Shown: positions 38,571 through 48,824, numbered from the stretch's first letter. The stretch: 64,000 nucleotides of DNA from Candidatus Omnitrophota bacterium (GCA_003598025.1 QZKH01000006.1:108035-172034), one strand, 5' to 3'. Made by a program: numbers and translations. The notes: generated by a model not told the origin, from the letters alone.

Positions 38571-40349
38571 ATGGAAAAGAGAATCATAACTATATATATT
38601 AACAATAAACCTTATAAGGTTAACGATAATCAGACTGTCATGCAGGCCGCCGACAGCGTAGGCTTTAAGATCCCGCGCCTTTGTTATCATCCTAAGCTAT
38701 CTATTGAAGGCGCCTGTAGGGTTTGTATTGTAGAGGTAGAAGGCGCGAAGAATTACATAGCATCTTGTGCTTTTCCGGTATCTGAAGGCATGAAGATATA
38801 CACCGATACAAATGAATTACGTAAAGCCAGGCGTGATATAGTCGAGCTGATACTTGATAACCATCCTCAGGATTGTCATACGTGCGAAAGAGACGGAATT
38901 TGTGAATTGCAAAGGCTTGCTTATGCAATGGGGATACGCAAACGCCATTTTGAGGGGGAGAGAAAACATTACGATAAGGACCTTTCTTCTACTTCTGTTA
39001 TCAGGGATCCTGATAAATGCATCCTTTGCGGAAGATGCGTGCGTATGTGCTCTGAGATTCAGAAGGCAAACGCAATCCAGTATGCACATAGGGGATTTAA
39101 AACAGTTGTGATCCCGGCTTATGATATGCCGTTTAAAGAAAGTGTCTGTACCACCTGCGGCCAGTGTATTAATGTCTGTCCTACGGCAGCTTTTGTTGAG
39201 AAAAACCACACGCAGGAATTGTTTAATAAGCTTAACGATGATTCGATAATTAAAATCGCTCAGATAGCTCCTTCTGTAAGGGCTGCTATCGGTGAAGCTT
39301 TCGGGCTTGAACCCGGCAGAATAATGGAAGGGGAGATGGCAGCGGCTTTAAGAAGGCTGGGTTTTGATTATGTTTTTGATACGCAGTTTTCCGCCGACCT
39401 TACAATTATGGAAGAAGCCAATGAGTTCCTGGAAAGAATACAGGGCAAGGGTAAACTCCCGATGATTACTTCATGTTCAAGCGCCTGGATGAAATGTGTG
39501 GAGCAGTTTTATCCTGACCTTATCGATAATATATCTACATGTAAATCTCCAATGTCGATGATGAGCGCCCTGCTTAAAACATATTTTGCAAAAAAGATCA
39601 AAGCCGACCCCGGAAAGATATTATCTGTGGCAATAATGTGCTGCACGGCAAAAAAATATGAAGCCCAAAGGCCGGAATTATCGGTTGATGGCATGCAGAC
39701 AACAGATATGGTGATAACTACACGCGAGATAGGTTGGATGATAAAATCTGCAGGTATTGATTTTCTTAATATCAAGCCGGAGCATTTTGATACTCCGTTA
39801 GGATTGTCTTCAGGGGCAGGTGTGATATTCGGAGTTACCGGAGGCGTAATGGAGGCCGCTATCAGGACAGCTTATGAGTTATATACCGGGGAAACGCTTA
39901 TGGATATAGAAGTCAATGACATAAGAGGTTTTAAGGGTATAAAAGAAGGTAAGCTTGTTATGGATGGAAATGAAATAAGGGTCGCTGTCGCTCATGGCCT
40001 GGGCAATGCCTGTGACCTTCTTGATATAGTGCGTAAGGAGCCGGGACGCTATCATTTTATTGAAATAATGGGTTGTCCGGGAGGATGTATCGGAGGAGGG
40101 GGCCAGCCATATGCCAGCTCTAACTCTATACCGCTTGATGAAGAATGCCTTAAGAAAAGAGCCGAAGCATTATACGGCCTGGACCGCTCAAGGACAATAA
40201 GGCGAAGTTACGAAAATCCGGATATTCAGAGGATCTATAAAGAATTTCTCGGAAGGCCGCTTGGGCCTGTTTCGCACAAATTATTGCATACGCATTATAA
40301 GGCAAAAGAGCCCAAGGGGATAATACCGTCCACAGCGCATATAAGATAA
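38571..40349 (+). CDS. hydA: [FeFe]-hydrogenase catalytic subunit
   Basis: N-terminal 2Fe-2S plus FeS domains and an H-cluster domain. L3 motif EIMGCPGGCIGGGGQP is canonical, but L1 reads TSCSSAW and L2 reads MCCTAKKYE. Confidence 0.85.
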   Translation: MEKRIITIYINNKPYKVNDNQTVMQAADSVGFKIPRLCYHPKLSIEGACRVCIVEVEGAKNYIASCAFPVSEGMKIYTDTNELRKARRDIVELILDNHPQDCHTCERDGICELQRLAYAMGIRKRHFEGERKHYDKDLSSTSVIRDPDKCILCGRCVRMCSEIQKANAIQYAHRGFKTVVIPAYDMPFKESVCTTCGQCINVCPTAAFVEKNHTQELFNKLNDDSIIKIAQIAPSVRAAIGEAFGLEPGRIMEGEMAAALRRLGFDYVFDTQFSADLTIMEEANEFLERIQGKGKLPMITSCSSAWMKCVEQFYPDLIDNISTCKSPMSMMSALLKTYFAKKIKADPGKILSVAIMCCTAKKYEAQRPELSVDGMQTTDMVITTREIGWMIKSAGIDFLNIKPEHFDTPLGLSSGAGVIFGVTGGVMEAAIRTAYELYTGETLMDIEVNDIRGFKGIKEGKLVMDGNEIRVAVAHGLGNACDLLDIVRKEPGRYHFIEIMGCPGGCIGGGGQPYASSNSIPLDEECLKKRAEALYGLDRSRTIRRSYENPDIQRIYKEFLGRPLGPVSHKLLHTHYKAKEPKGIIPSTAHIR

Positions 40350-40365
40350 GGAAAGGAAGCCATAC

Positions 40366-40854
40366 ATGATAGCAAGCCAGGATACAAAATTACAGGAGTT
40401 GAAAGATTTTATTGCCGATTGCAAGAACAGGGATTACCCTGAATCGCAGCTTATAGCCATATTGCATAAAGCCCAGGGGCTTTATGGGTATTTAAGCAAA
40501 GAGATAATGGATGAAGTTGCTCAAGGGATGAGTATCCCGACTGCCCATATCTGGGGCGTAGCGACATTTTATCATTATTTTAACCTTGAGCCGATAGGCA
40601 AATATGTTATTTCCATATGTCTAGGTACTGCCTGCTATGTCAAGGGGGCTAATGATGTGCTGGAGGCAATAAAAAAAGAGCTAAATATAGATATAGATCA
40701 GACTACCGAAGATAAGCTTTTTACTCTGCAGGTAGCCAGATGTTTGGGCGCATGCGGCCTTGCTCCGGTAATAATGATTAACGGCAAGATACACGGAGAA
40801 CTTAATCCTGAAAAAGTAGTATCTATTTTAAAGGAATACCGTAAAAAAGGATAG
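40366..40854 (+). CDS. [FeFe]-hydrogenase NuoE-like 2Fe-2S subunit (HydC type)
   Basis: CLGTACYVKGA...CLGACGLAPV is a thioredoxin-like ferredoxin motif. Confidence 0.8.
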   Translation: MIASQDTKLQELKDFIADCKNRDYPESQLIAILHKAQGLYGYLSKEIMDEVAQGMSIPTAHIWGVATFYHYFNLEPIGKYVISICLGTACYVKGANDVLEAIKKELNIDIDQTTEDKLFTLQVARCLGACGLAPVIMINGKIHGELNPEKVVSILKEYRKKG

Positions 40855-40864
40855 GTTTTTACCG

Positions 40865-42256
40865 ATGAAATATATCAATGAGGAAAAAATATACACGCAA
40901 CTTTCAGGCGCAAAGTCCGTATCAACCCAGGAGATTGAGAGTATCCTTGCTAAAAGTGTCTCTTTGAAACGCCTGGAGCTTGATGAGGTAGCTAAACTTT
41001 TATCTGTGGAGGGCCAAAAAAGCACATCTATGCTATTTGATGCTGCCTCAAGGGTGAAAAATGAGATTTACGGTAGCAGGGTTGTGTTGTTTGCGCCTCT
41101 TTATATCAATAATATTTGCAGCAATTATTGCGCTTATTGTGCTTTCAGGGCGGATAATAAGACAATAAAAAGAAGAAAACTTAATCAGGAAGAGATTTCT
41201 GAGCAGGCCAGGGTCCTTTTGAAGATGGGGCATAAAAGAGTCTTGGTTGTTTCATCCGAGCCCGGGGGGAAAGAGGATGCGGATTATTACGTAGATTCAA
41301 TAAAGACCATATATTCAGCCAGGTTCAATAATAATTATATCAGAAGAGTGAACATTAATTGTGCTCCATTAAGTATAGACGGGTTCAGGAAATTAAAAGA
41401 CGCAGGTATAGGGACTTATCAGCTTTTTCAGGAAACATATCATCATAAGACTTATTTACAGCTCCATCCAAAAGGCCCCAAGAGCGATCCTGATAATAGG
41501 ATTGAGGCAATAGAAAGGGCGTTTGCCGCAGGTATTGAGGATATCGGCGTTGGGGTATTATATGGTTTGTATGATTACAGGTTTGAGACTTTGGCGCTAT
41601 TAACACATATTGCATGCCTTGAGCAGAAATTCGGGGTAGGGCCTCATACTATATCCGTGCCAAGGATCGAACCTGCTCTAGGAACTGAATTCTTCGATTC
41701 CAGCAGATATAAGGTCAGTGATTTAGAGTTTAAAAAGCTCGTAGCAATAATCAGGCTGGCTGTTCCCTATACAGGGATTATACTTTCGACCAGGGAGAGC
41801 CCAAAGATGAGAGATGAGTTGTTTAATCTCGGCGTTTCGCAGATAAGCGCAGCTTCAAGGACTTCGCCGGGAGGATATGCGGAGCCGGGGGCTGATAAAG
41901 ATACAGATAGCGGGGGCCAATTTGTCCTTAGCGATAACCGCAGCCTGAATGACATGGTAAAATTGCTGATCGAGAAGAAATCGATACCGAGTTTTTGCGC
42001 CGCCTGTTACAGGAAGGAGCGCACCGGCAAGGCGTTTATGAGCCTTGCAAAGCCGGGTAACATAAAAGGCAAGTGCAGTATAAATGCATTAGTTACGCTG
42101 AAGGAATATTTAGATGATTTTGCAACCGGTGATGTTAGAAGCCAAGGGTATGCTTTAATAGATGAAGTCAGTAAATCTTTGCCTGAAGAGGACAAAAAAC
42201 AGCTTATCCCTTTTCTTGAAGAGGTAAGCAGAGGTATCAGAGATAAGTATGTCTAG
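40865..42256 (+). CDS. hydG: [FeFe]-hydrogenase maturase HydG (radical SAM tyrosine lyase)
   Basis: CSNYCAYCAF radical SAM motif plus a C-terminal Cys-rich domain (FCAACYRKERTG). Confidence 0.85.
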   Translation: MKYINEEKIYTQLSGAKSVSTQEIESILAKSVSLKRLELDEVAKLLSVEGQKSTSMLFDAASRVKNEIYGSRVVLFAPLYINNICSNYCAYCAFRADNKTIKRRKLNQEEISEQARVLLKMGHKRVLVVSSEPGGKEDADYYVDSIKTIYSARFNNNYIRRVNINCAPLSIDGFRKLKDAGIGTYQLFQETYHHKTYLQLHPKGPKSDPDNRIEAIERAFAAGIEDIGVGVLYGLYDYRFETLALLTHIACLEQKFGVGPHTISVPRIEPALGTEFFDSSRYKVSDLEFKKLVAIIRLAVPYTGIILSTRESPKMRDELFNLGVSQISAASRTSPGGYAEPGADKDTDSGGQFVLSDNRSLNDMVKLLIEKKSIPSFCAACYRKERTGKAFMSLAKPGNIKGKCSINALVTLKEYLDDFATGDVRSQGYALIDEVSKSLPEEDKKQLIPFLEEVSRGIRDKYV

Positions 42257-43307
42257 ATATGTAGGTTTATTAGAAGAAATATACAGCCAGAAACATCCCG
42301 ATAGGAGTATTATCGTGGAGTTGCTTAAGCTTGACAGGGCAAGGGCAGAAGATATTTTTTTATTTGCCGAACGCCTGCGTAGTGCCTTTATGGGGGAAGG
42401 CATACTCGTAAGAGGGATAGTTGAGTTTTCAAATATATGCAGGAACGAATGCTTATATTGCGGGTTGAATAAAAATAATACTTCCTTAAAAAGATACAGG
42501 TTAAGTATGCCGGAGGTACTGCAGGCAGCCAGGCAAGTAGCCTCAAACGGCATAAAGACAATCGTTTTACAGTCCGGGGAAGACGACGGATTAGACGCAG
42601 CATGGCTTTATGAGCTGATATGCCGGATAAAATCAGACTATAATATAGCCGTGACCCTTTGCGTGGGTGAAAGAAGTTTTGAAGAATATAAGCTATGGAG
42701 AGAAGCAGGAGCAGACAGGTATCTGCTTAAAATAGAAACGACTGATAAGGCTCTGTATGAAAGGCTGCATCCGGGTATGAGTTTTGATAACCGCATCAGG
42801 TGTTTAATGCAGCTTAAGGAATTGGGTTATCAATTAGGTTCGGGAAATATTATCGGCCTTAAAGATCAGTCCTTGGAATCTATTGCCGGGGATATATTAT
42901 TTTTTAAAGAGATGAATTTGGATATGGTAGGTATAGGTCCTTTTATACCCCATCCGCAGACAAGGCTATCTTCCGAACTTCAGGGAGAGGTGTTTTTGAC
43001 CCTTAAAACTATAGCCCTTACCAGGATAGTTACTAAAACGGCTCATATCCCTGCTACCACAGCTTTAGGCAGCCTGGAAGCTGATTACAGGATAGCTGCG
43101 CTTAAATCCGGAGCAAATGTGCTTATGCCGAATTTTACTCCAGCCGGAGTAAAGAAATTGTATGATTTATACCCGCATCGCAGATGCCTGGATGATTCCG
43201 GATCAATTTGCGTAAAGTGTATGGATAATTTTGTTAAACCGATAAACAGGCATTTGGATTTCTCCAGAGGCGATTCTTTAAAGAAGGAAGATGAAGCATA
43301 TGTATAA
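42249..43307 (+). CDS. hydE: [FeFe]-hydrogenase maturase HydE (radical SAM, BioB-like)
   Basis: CRNECLYCGL motif. Sits between hydG and hydF. Confidence 0.8.
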   Translation: MSRYVGLLEEIYSQKHPDRSIIVELLKLDRARAEDIFLFAERLRSAFMGEGILVRGIVEFSNICRNECLYCGLNKNNTSLKRYRLSMPEVLQAARQVASNGIKTIVLQSGEDDGLDAAWLYELICRIKSDYNIAVTLCVGERSFEEYKLWREAGADRYLLKIETTDKALYERLHPGMSFDNRIRCLMQLKELGYQLGSGNIIGLKDQSLESIAGDILFFKEMNLDMVGIGPFIPHPQTRLSSELQGEVFLTLKTIALTRIVTKTAHIPATTALGSLEADYRIAALKSGANVLMPNFTPAGVKKLYDLYPHRRCLDDSGSICVKCMDNFVKPINRHLDFSRGDSLKKEDEAYV

Positions 43308-44538
43308 AACCCCGGCAAGCAACAGGCTGCACATAGGCATTTTTGGTAAAAGAAATACCGGGAAGTCCAGCCTTATCAATGCAGTGACTAATCAGGATAT
43401 TGCTATAGTATCGGAAGTGGCCGGCACTACTACGGACCCTGTATATAAGGCAATGGAGATATTGCCTATAGGGCCGTGTATGTTAATCGATACTGCCGGT
43501 ATAGATGATGAAGGGGTTTTGGGCGAAGAAAGGGTAAAGAAGACGCAAAAGGTATTAAGAAAAACCGATGTAGGAATAATAGTTGTAACTCCGGATACAA
43601 GAATAGATAATTTTGAGGAAGAGCTGGTAGGGGTCTTTATCCAGAAGAAACTCCCTTTCCTTTTTGTTGTTAACAAATGCGAACTGGATGGCCGGGATGC
43701 TGTCATTTATCTGCAGGCAAAGGGTTATGAATATATAGAAGCCAGCTCAAAATTAGGCACAGGTATAGATGAGCTTAAAAAAAAGATAATGGAATTAGCG
43801 CCCGCCCACTGGTCACCGGTGCCGTTGGTCGCCGATATTATAGAGGAAAGAGATACCGTTGTCCTGGTTTGCCCCATAGACAGCGCTATGCCGCAGGGAA
43901 GGCTTATCCTGCCTCAGGTTCAGGTAATGAGGGATGTGCTTGACAGGAACGCTATCGCATATGTAACTAAAGAAACGGAACTGGGCCAAGCAATAAAAGC
44001 ACTTAAGGATAAACCCAAAGTCGTTATAACCGATTCGCAGGTATTCGATACTGTTAAAGATATCCTGCCTCAAGATATCCCGCTGACATCTTTTTCAACG
44101 GTCTTTGCAAGGCATAAGGGCGATTTGAATGCGTTTATTGAGGGCGTATATGCGATTGAAGAATTAAAAGACGGGGATGAGGTGCTTATCTCCGAGGCTT
44201 GCACGCATCACGTCCAGGCCGAGGATATCGGCAGGACCAAAATACCCACATGGTTACTCAATAAGACAAAAAAAGACCTGCATTTTGAAGTTTCTGCAGG
44301 CGGTGATTTCCCCGAGGACATTAAGCGTTTCAGCCTGATAATAAGCTGCGGGGGGTGCATGATAAACCGCAGGGAGTTATTGTATAGGATAGAGCGGGCA
44401 AAAAAAGAGAATGTACCAATAACAAACTATGGTATAATAATCGCGTATTTTTCCGGGATTTTAGACCGGATACTGCAGCCTTTTTCAAAAGGTCTCGTTA
44501 AGATTGAAAATAAAAACAGGGAATTATCGTCCCATTAA
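43291..44538 (+). CDS. hydF: [FeFe]-hydrogenase maturase GTPase HydF
   Basis: GKRNTGKSSLINA G1 motif, DTAG, and a C-terminal CxH...CGGC cluster region. Confidence 0.85.
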   Translation: MKHMYKTPASNRLHIGIFGKRNTGKSSLINAVTNQDIAIVSEVAGTTTDPVYKAMEILPIGPCMLIDTAGIDDEGVLGEERVKKTQKVLRKTDVGIIVVTPDTRIDNFEEELVGVFIQKKLPFLFVVNKCELDGRDAVIYLQAKGYEYIEASSKLGTGIDELKKKIMELAPAHWSPVPLVADIIEERDTVVLVCPIDSAMPQGRLILPQVQVMRDVLDRNAIAYVTKETELGQAIKALKDKPKVVITDSQVFDTVKDILPQDIPLTSFSTVFARHKGDLNAFIEGVYAIEELKDGDEVLISEACTHHVQAEDIGRTKIPTWLLNKTKKDLHFEVSAGGDFPEDIKRFSLIISCGGCMINRRELLYRIERAKKENVPITNYGIIIAYFSGILDRILQPFSKGLVKIENKNRELSSH

Positions 44539-44553
44539 TAAAAGGAGGAAGTA

Positions 44554-44940
44554 ATGCCGGGTAAGATACTTATTATTGATGATGATGCGGATTTTAGAGA
44601 GGCTATTTCTATGCTGTTAGAAGCTAAAGGTTATTCTGTCTCTACCTCAGCCAATGGTAAAGACGGTTTGGATAAAGCCAAGTCAATAAAACCTTCTTTG
44701 ATACTGCTTGACGTCATGATGACAACCAAGACAGAAGGCTTTGATCTGGCGCAGCAATTTAAGAGCTCCAAGGATTTAAATAAAATACCGGTTATTATAA
44801 TAACCGGTATCAAGAAAGATATGAACCTGCCTTTTAGTTTTGAGGCCGATAATGATTGGCTGCCCGTAAAAGCAGTATTGGAGAAGCCTGTCAAGCCGGA
44901 TATATTATTGTCTGAAATCGAGAAATACGTAAAGGCATAA
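44554..44940 (+). CDS. standalone response-regulator receiver (REC) domain protein
   Basis: ILIIDDD...LILLDVMM CheY-like fold. Confidence 0.75.
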   Translation: MPGKILIIDDDADFREAISMLLEAKGYSVSTSANGKDGLDKAKSIKPSLILLDVMMTTKTEGFDLAQQFKSSKDLNKIPVIIITGIKKDMNLPFSFEADNDWLPVKAVLEKPVKPDILLSEIEKYVKA

Positions 44941-45033
44941 TATTCTAACAGATTGTAAACAAAATAGTTTTGTTTCAGGCGAGGATTTTCTTAACCTGTT
45001 TAGGCCTTAAAGCTTTATTTTATTTTTCACAGC

Positions 45034-45083
45034 TTGACAAATAAGCCAAATTATTACATAATAAAACAGTAATAGTTTGGCTT
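45034..45083 (+). promoter_or_regulatory. TTGACA-17-CATAAT promoter overlapped by a 15-bp inverted repeat (aagccaaattattac / gtaatagtttggctt)
   Basis: Read directly from the sequence upstream of the MscS-like gene. Confidence 0.3.
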
Positions 45084-45171
45084 ATTCTTTTGAACATCTC
45101 CGCTTGCGAAAAATCCAAGACAACCACAGTTCATTACCAAAATACCGAAACAACCATAAGAGAGGTACCAT

Positions 45172-46224
45172 ATGAATTTCAACCTGGATTTTCCTGTTAT
45201 TCTGAAGTTATTTGGCCCGGCGGTTATCTTCTTAGCAAGCATTATTACCGGCTATATGCTAAGATCTATAGTATTTAGCAAGCTTAGCCGTCTTGCCCGT
45301 AATACCAGGTCGCAGATTGACGACATCATTATTTCATCAACGAAAACACCATTTATCATTTGGTGCATGATGTTTGGTATATATTTCGCACTGGAGTTCT
45401 CAGATTTGCCGGAAGGCGCAACGCATATTGCAAGTAAAATATTGGTGGTCTTAGGCATTGCCTCAGTGACTATTGTCTTAGCTAATATAATTGCTAGGAT
45501 AATCCAGGTTTACGCCAATAAAATAGCCGGAACCCTGCCGATAACATCCCTTACCCAGAATATCAGCAGAATAATTATATTTATAATCGGCATACTTGTA
45601 ATTCTTAACGGTCTTGGGATATCCATTACCCCCATACTTGCTACTCTTGGCGTCGGCGGCTTAGCAGTAGCCTTAGCATTACAAGATACCCTTTCTAATC
45701 TATTCGCAGGTTTCCATATCACCATATCCAGGCAAGTAAGAATAGGAGATTATATAAAGCTGGATAGCGGACAGGAAGGCTATGTCATCGATATAAACTG
45801 GCGTACAACTAAAATAAGGATGCTGCCTAATAACGTGGTACTGGTGCCGAATGCAAAGCTCGCCCAGGCAATTATTACTAACTTTTACTTACCCGATACA
45901 GAGATGGCAGTTTTAATAGAAGTCAGAGTGCACTATGGAAGCGATCTTAAAAAAGTTGAAAAAATCACCTGTGAAGTGGCAAGCCAGATAATGAAAGAGG
46001 TTAACGGAGGAGTCCCCGGATTCGAACCTTTTATAAGATATCACACCTTCGGAGATTTCAGCATTGGTTTTACTGTTATTTTAAGATGCCGGGAGTTTGT
46101 TGACCAATATCTGGTCAAGCATGAATTCATAAAGAAACTCCATGAAAGATATGCTAAAGAGCATATTAATATCCCTTATCCGATAAGGGCCATAAATTAC
46201 AGCCAAGAAAAGGCAGAAGCATAA
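45172..46224 (+). CDS. mechanosensitive ion channel, MscS family
   Basis: TM helices plus conserved MscS beta-domain sequence. Confidence 0.8.
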   Translation: MNFNLDFPVILKLFGPAVIFLASIITGYMLRSIVFSKLSRLARNTRSQIDDIIISSTKTPFIIWCMMFGIYFALEFSDLPEGATHIASKILVVLGIASVTIVLANIIARIIQVYANKIAGTLPITSLTQNISRIIIFIIGILVILNGLGISITPILATLGVGGLAVALALQDTLSNLFAGFHITISRQVRIGDYIKLDSGQEGYVIDINWRTTKIRMLPNNVVLVPNAKLAQAIITNFYLPDTEMAVLIEVRVHYGSDLKKVEKITCEVASQIMKEVNGGVPGFEPFIRYHTFGDFSIGFTVILRCREFVDQYLVKHEFIKKLHERYAKEHINIPYPIRAINYSQEKAEA

Positions 46225-46527
46225 ATGTTTATATTATCTAACTTTTTAGCTAGTTTAGCCAGGGTAACGGATATGCTGCTTACAGCCTTGTATTGGATGG
46301 TATTGATACGTGCGTTGATAAGCTGGGTAAACCCCGACCCATTAAATCCGATAGTCCAGTTTCTGTATAAGGTAACCGAGCCCATTTTAAACCCGATCAG
46401 GAGAATGCTCCCATTAGGTCTGAAGTTTGGAATTGATATTTCACCAATAATCGCATTTTTACTGATTATCTTCATCCAGTCTTTTTTGGTCAAAAGCCTT
46501 TTTGACCTTTCTTTAAGGTTGGGTTAG
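46225..46527 (+). CDS. YggT-family membrane protein
   Basis: LIRALISWVNPDP...NPIRRMLP is the YGGT signature. Confidence 0.7.
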   Translation: MFILSNFLASLARVTDMLLTALYWMVLIRALISWVNPDPLNPIVQFLYKVTEPILNPIRRMLPLGLKFGIDISPIIAFLLIIFIQSFLVKSLFDLSLRLG

Positions 46528-46544
46528 CGAGAAGGAGAGGCAGT

Positions 46545-48023
46545 ATGTGGAGTAAGGAAAGTTTGCAAGAACTGATTAAGGAAAAGATGGCGGATTATTG
46601 CTTTATAGTAGTTTCTAACCGCCAGCCCTACATTCATATTTATAAAAAAGGCAAAATTACATATCAGCGCGGTGCAGGAGGCGTCATAACTGCCCTTGAT
46701 CCGGTCATGCAGGCATGCAAGGGGATTTGGGTGGCATTTGGTAATGGAGAGGCTGACCGTAAAGTAGCGGATACTAACGGTAAGTTAATGGTCCCTCCTG
46801 AAAACCCTGCTTATGTTTTAAAGAGAGTTTGGCTCACCAAAGAAGAGGAGAACGGATATTATTACGGCTATTCCAATGAAGCATTATGGCCGCTTTGCCA
46901 TATGGCTTTCCAGAGGCCGGTGTTCAGGGAGAATGATTGGTCATGCTATAAGGAAGTAAATAAAAAATTTGCCAAAGCCGTTATTGATGAGATAGGGAAT
47001 AAGAAGGCATTTGTATGGATACAAGATTATCATTTATGCTTGCTGCCTAAATACCTGAAAGAGATGGCTCCCAACCAATTGATAATTACGCATTTCTGGC
47101 ATATCCCATGGCCTAATCAAGAAACTTTCAGGATATGCCCGCAGAAGAAAGAGCTTCTTGAGGGGCTTTTGGCCAATGATCTTTTGGGATTCCATATACG
47201 TTATCATTGTGATAATTTTATCGATGTTATTGACAGGGAGATCGAGAGCAAGATTGACAGGGAAAGATTTTCCGTAATTAAATCAGGGCACGAAACTCTG
47301 ATCAGGCCTTATCCGATAAGCGTCGATTTTGATGGTATTAGTATGGCATCAAATTCATCCTTAGTCAAAAGCATCCAAGAAGAATTGCGCCAGGAATATT
47401 CCCTTGAAGGATATAAAATAATATTGGGCTTAGACAGGATTGATTATACCAAGGGGATCCCGGAAAGGCTCCTTGCTATGGATGCTCTGCTGGAGAGGCA
47501 CCCTGAACTTAAAGAAAAAATATTATTTTTGCAGATGGGCGAGATCAGCCGAATACATATTCCAAGGTATAAACAGCTTAATGATGAGATTAATGCTTTG
47601 GTTGAGCAGATCAATTGGAGGCATTCAACAGACACCTGGAAGCCGATAGTGCTTGTCAGAAGGCACCTTTCTTTTTCTGAAGCCCTGGCATTTTACAGGA
47701 TGGGCAGTGTTTGTATCGTAAGTTCTTTGCATGACGGCATGAACTTAGTGGCAAAAGAATTTATTTCCAGCCGTTCTGATGAACAGGGGGTACTTGTCCT
47801 TAGCCAGTTTACCGGCGCATCCAGAGAGCTTACCGACGCAATACTGGTCAACCCTTATGACCGCGAGCAATTCAGCGAAAAAATATTTGAGGCTTTAAGC
47901 CTAAACACAGAAGAGCAGAAAAGAAGAATGTCTAAAATGAGGCAGCATATCTCCCAGTATAATATCTTCCGATGGGCCGGCAAAGTGCTCTCTGAGCTGC
48001 TTAAATTTGAATTTAAAGAATAG
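46545..48023 (+). CDS. otsA: trehalose-6-phosphate synthase (GT20)
   Basis: GT20 motifs (WVQDYHLCLLP, LHDGMNLVAKE). Confidence 0.85.
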   Translation: MWSKESLQELIKEKMADYCFIVVSNRQPYIHIYKKGKITYQRGAGGVITALDPVMQACKGIWVAFGNGEADRKVADTNGKLMVPPENPAYVLKRVWLTKEEENGYYYGYSNEALWPLCHMAFQRPVFRENDWSCYKEVNKKFAKAVIDEIGNKKAFVWIQDYHLCLLPKYLKEMAPNQLIITHFWHIPWPNQETFRICPQKKELLEGLLANDLLGFHIRYHCDNFIDVIDREIESKIDRERFSVIKSGHETLIRPYPISVDFDGISMASNSSLVKSIQEELRQEYSLEGYKIILGLDRIDYTKGIPERLLAMDALLERHPELKEKILFLQMGEISRIHIPRYKQLNDEINALVEQINWRHSTDTWKPIVLVRRHLSFSEALAFYRMGSVCIVSSLHDGMNLVAKEFISSRSDEQGVLVLSQFTGASRELTDAILVNPYDREQFSEKIFEALSLNTEEQKRRMSKMRQHISQYNIFRWAGKVLSELLKFEFKE

Positions 48024-48823
48024 TGAAATATTTATTAAGTAATTGGCGTCAATTTAAGGATAAAATAAGGGGAAAAAAGATAATTCTGCTGCTTGATTAT
48101 GACGGAACGCTTTGCCCTATTAAGAGAACTCCTAGGCTTGCGGTAATACCGCATGATGTTAAGGCACTGCTTGAAAAGCTTTCGGGCATGTTGGATTGTA
48201 AACTGGCTATTATAAGCGGAAGAAGCTTGGAAGATATCAAAAATATAATAGGGATCCGTGGTATCATATATTCCGGAAACCATGGCTTTGAGATCGAGGG
48301 TCCTAAGATCAAATTCCATGGTTCTATACCTTATGGATACAGGCGCATGCTTGAAAGTATAAAGAGGAAGTTACACAAGAAGTTTAACGGTGTTAAAGGG
48401 GCAATTTTAGAGGACAAGGAATATTCTCTGGGTATTCATTACAGACTGGCGTCAAAAAGCGCTTTATCAGCTATCAAGAAGGCGTTCTATGAAGTCGTGA
48501 TGGTTTATCTTATAAAGGGTAAGATAAAGATCAGATATGGCAAGAAGGTTTTTGAGGTAATGCCTCCGAATGGTTGGGATAAGGGAAAGGTTGTATCCTG
48601 GCTTTTGAGCAGGAAGTTTTTTAGCTTTGGGGCTAAAATGGCCATTCCTATTTATCTTGGTGATGACCTGACTGATGAAGATGCTTTCCAGACGCTAAAA
48701 AATAAAGGGTTGACTATTTTCATCGGAAAACCTAAAATGTCATCTGCAAAATATTATCTTAGAAACGTTGGCCAGGTTAAGCATTTTTTGAAAGAAATTA
48801 TCAAGTTTTTGGAGGGCGCTTAA
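48023..48823 (+). CDS. otsB: trehalose-6-phosphate phosphatase (HAD)
   Basis: LLLDYDGTL HAD motif I and a C-terminal GDDLTDEDAF motif. Confidence 0.8.
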   Translation: MKYLLSNWRQFKDKIRGKKIILLLDYDGTLCPIKRTPRLAVIPHDVKALLEKLSGMLDCKLAIISGRSLEDIKNIIGIRGIIYSGNHGFEIEGPKIKFHGSIPYGYRRMLESIKRKLHKKFNGVKGAILEDKEYSLGIHYRLASKSALSAIKKAFYEVVMVYLIKGKIKIRYGKKVFEVMPPNGWDKGKVVSWLLSRKFFSFGAKMAIPIYLGDDLTDEDAFQTLKNKGLTIFIGKPKMSSAKYYLRNVGQVKHFLKEIIKFLEGA

Positions 48824-48824
48824 C

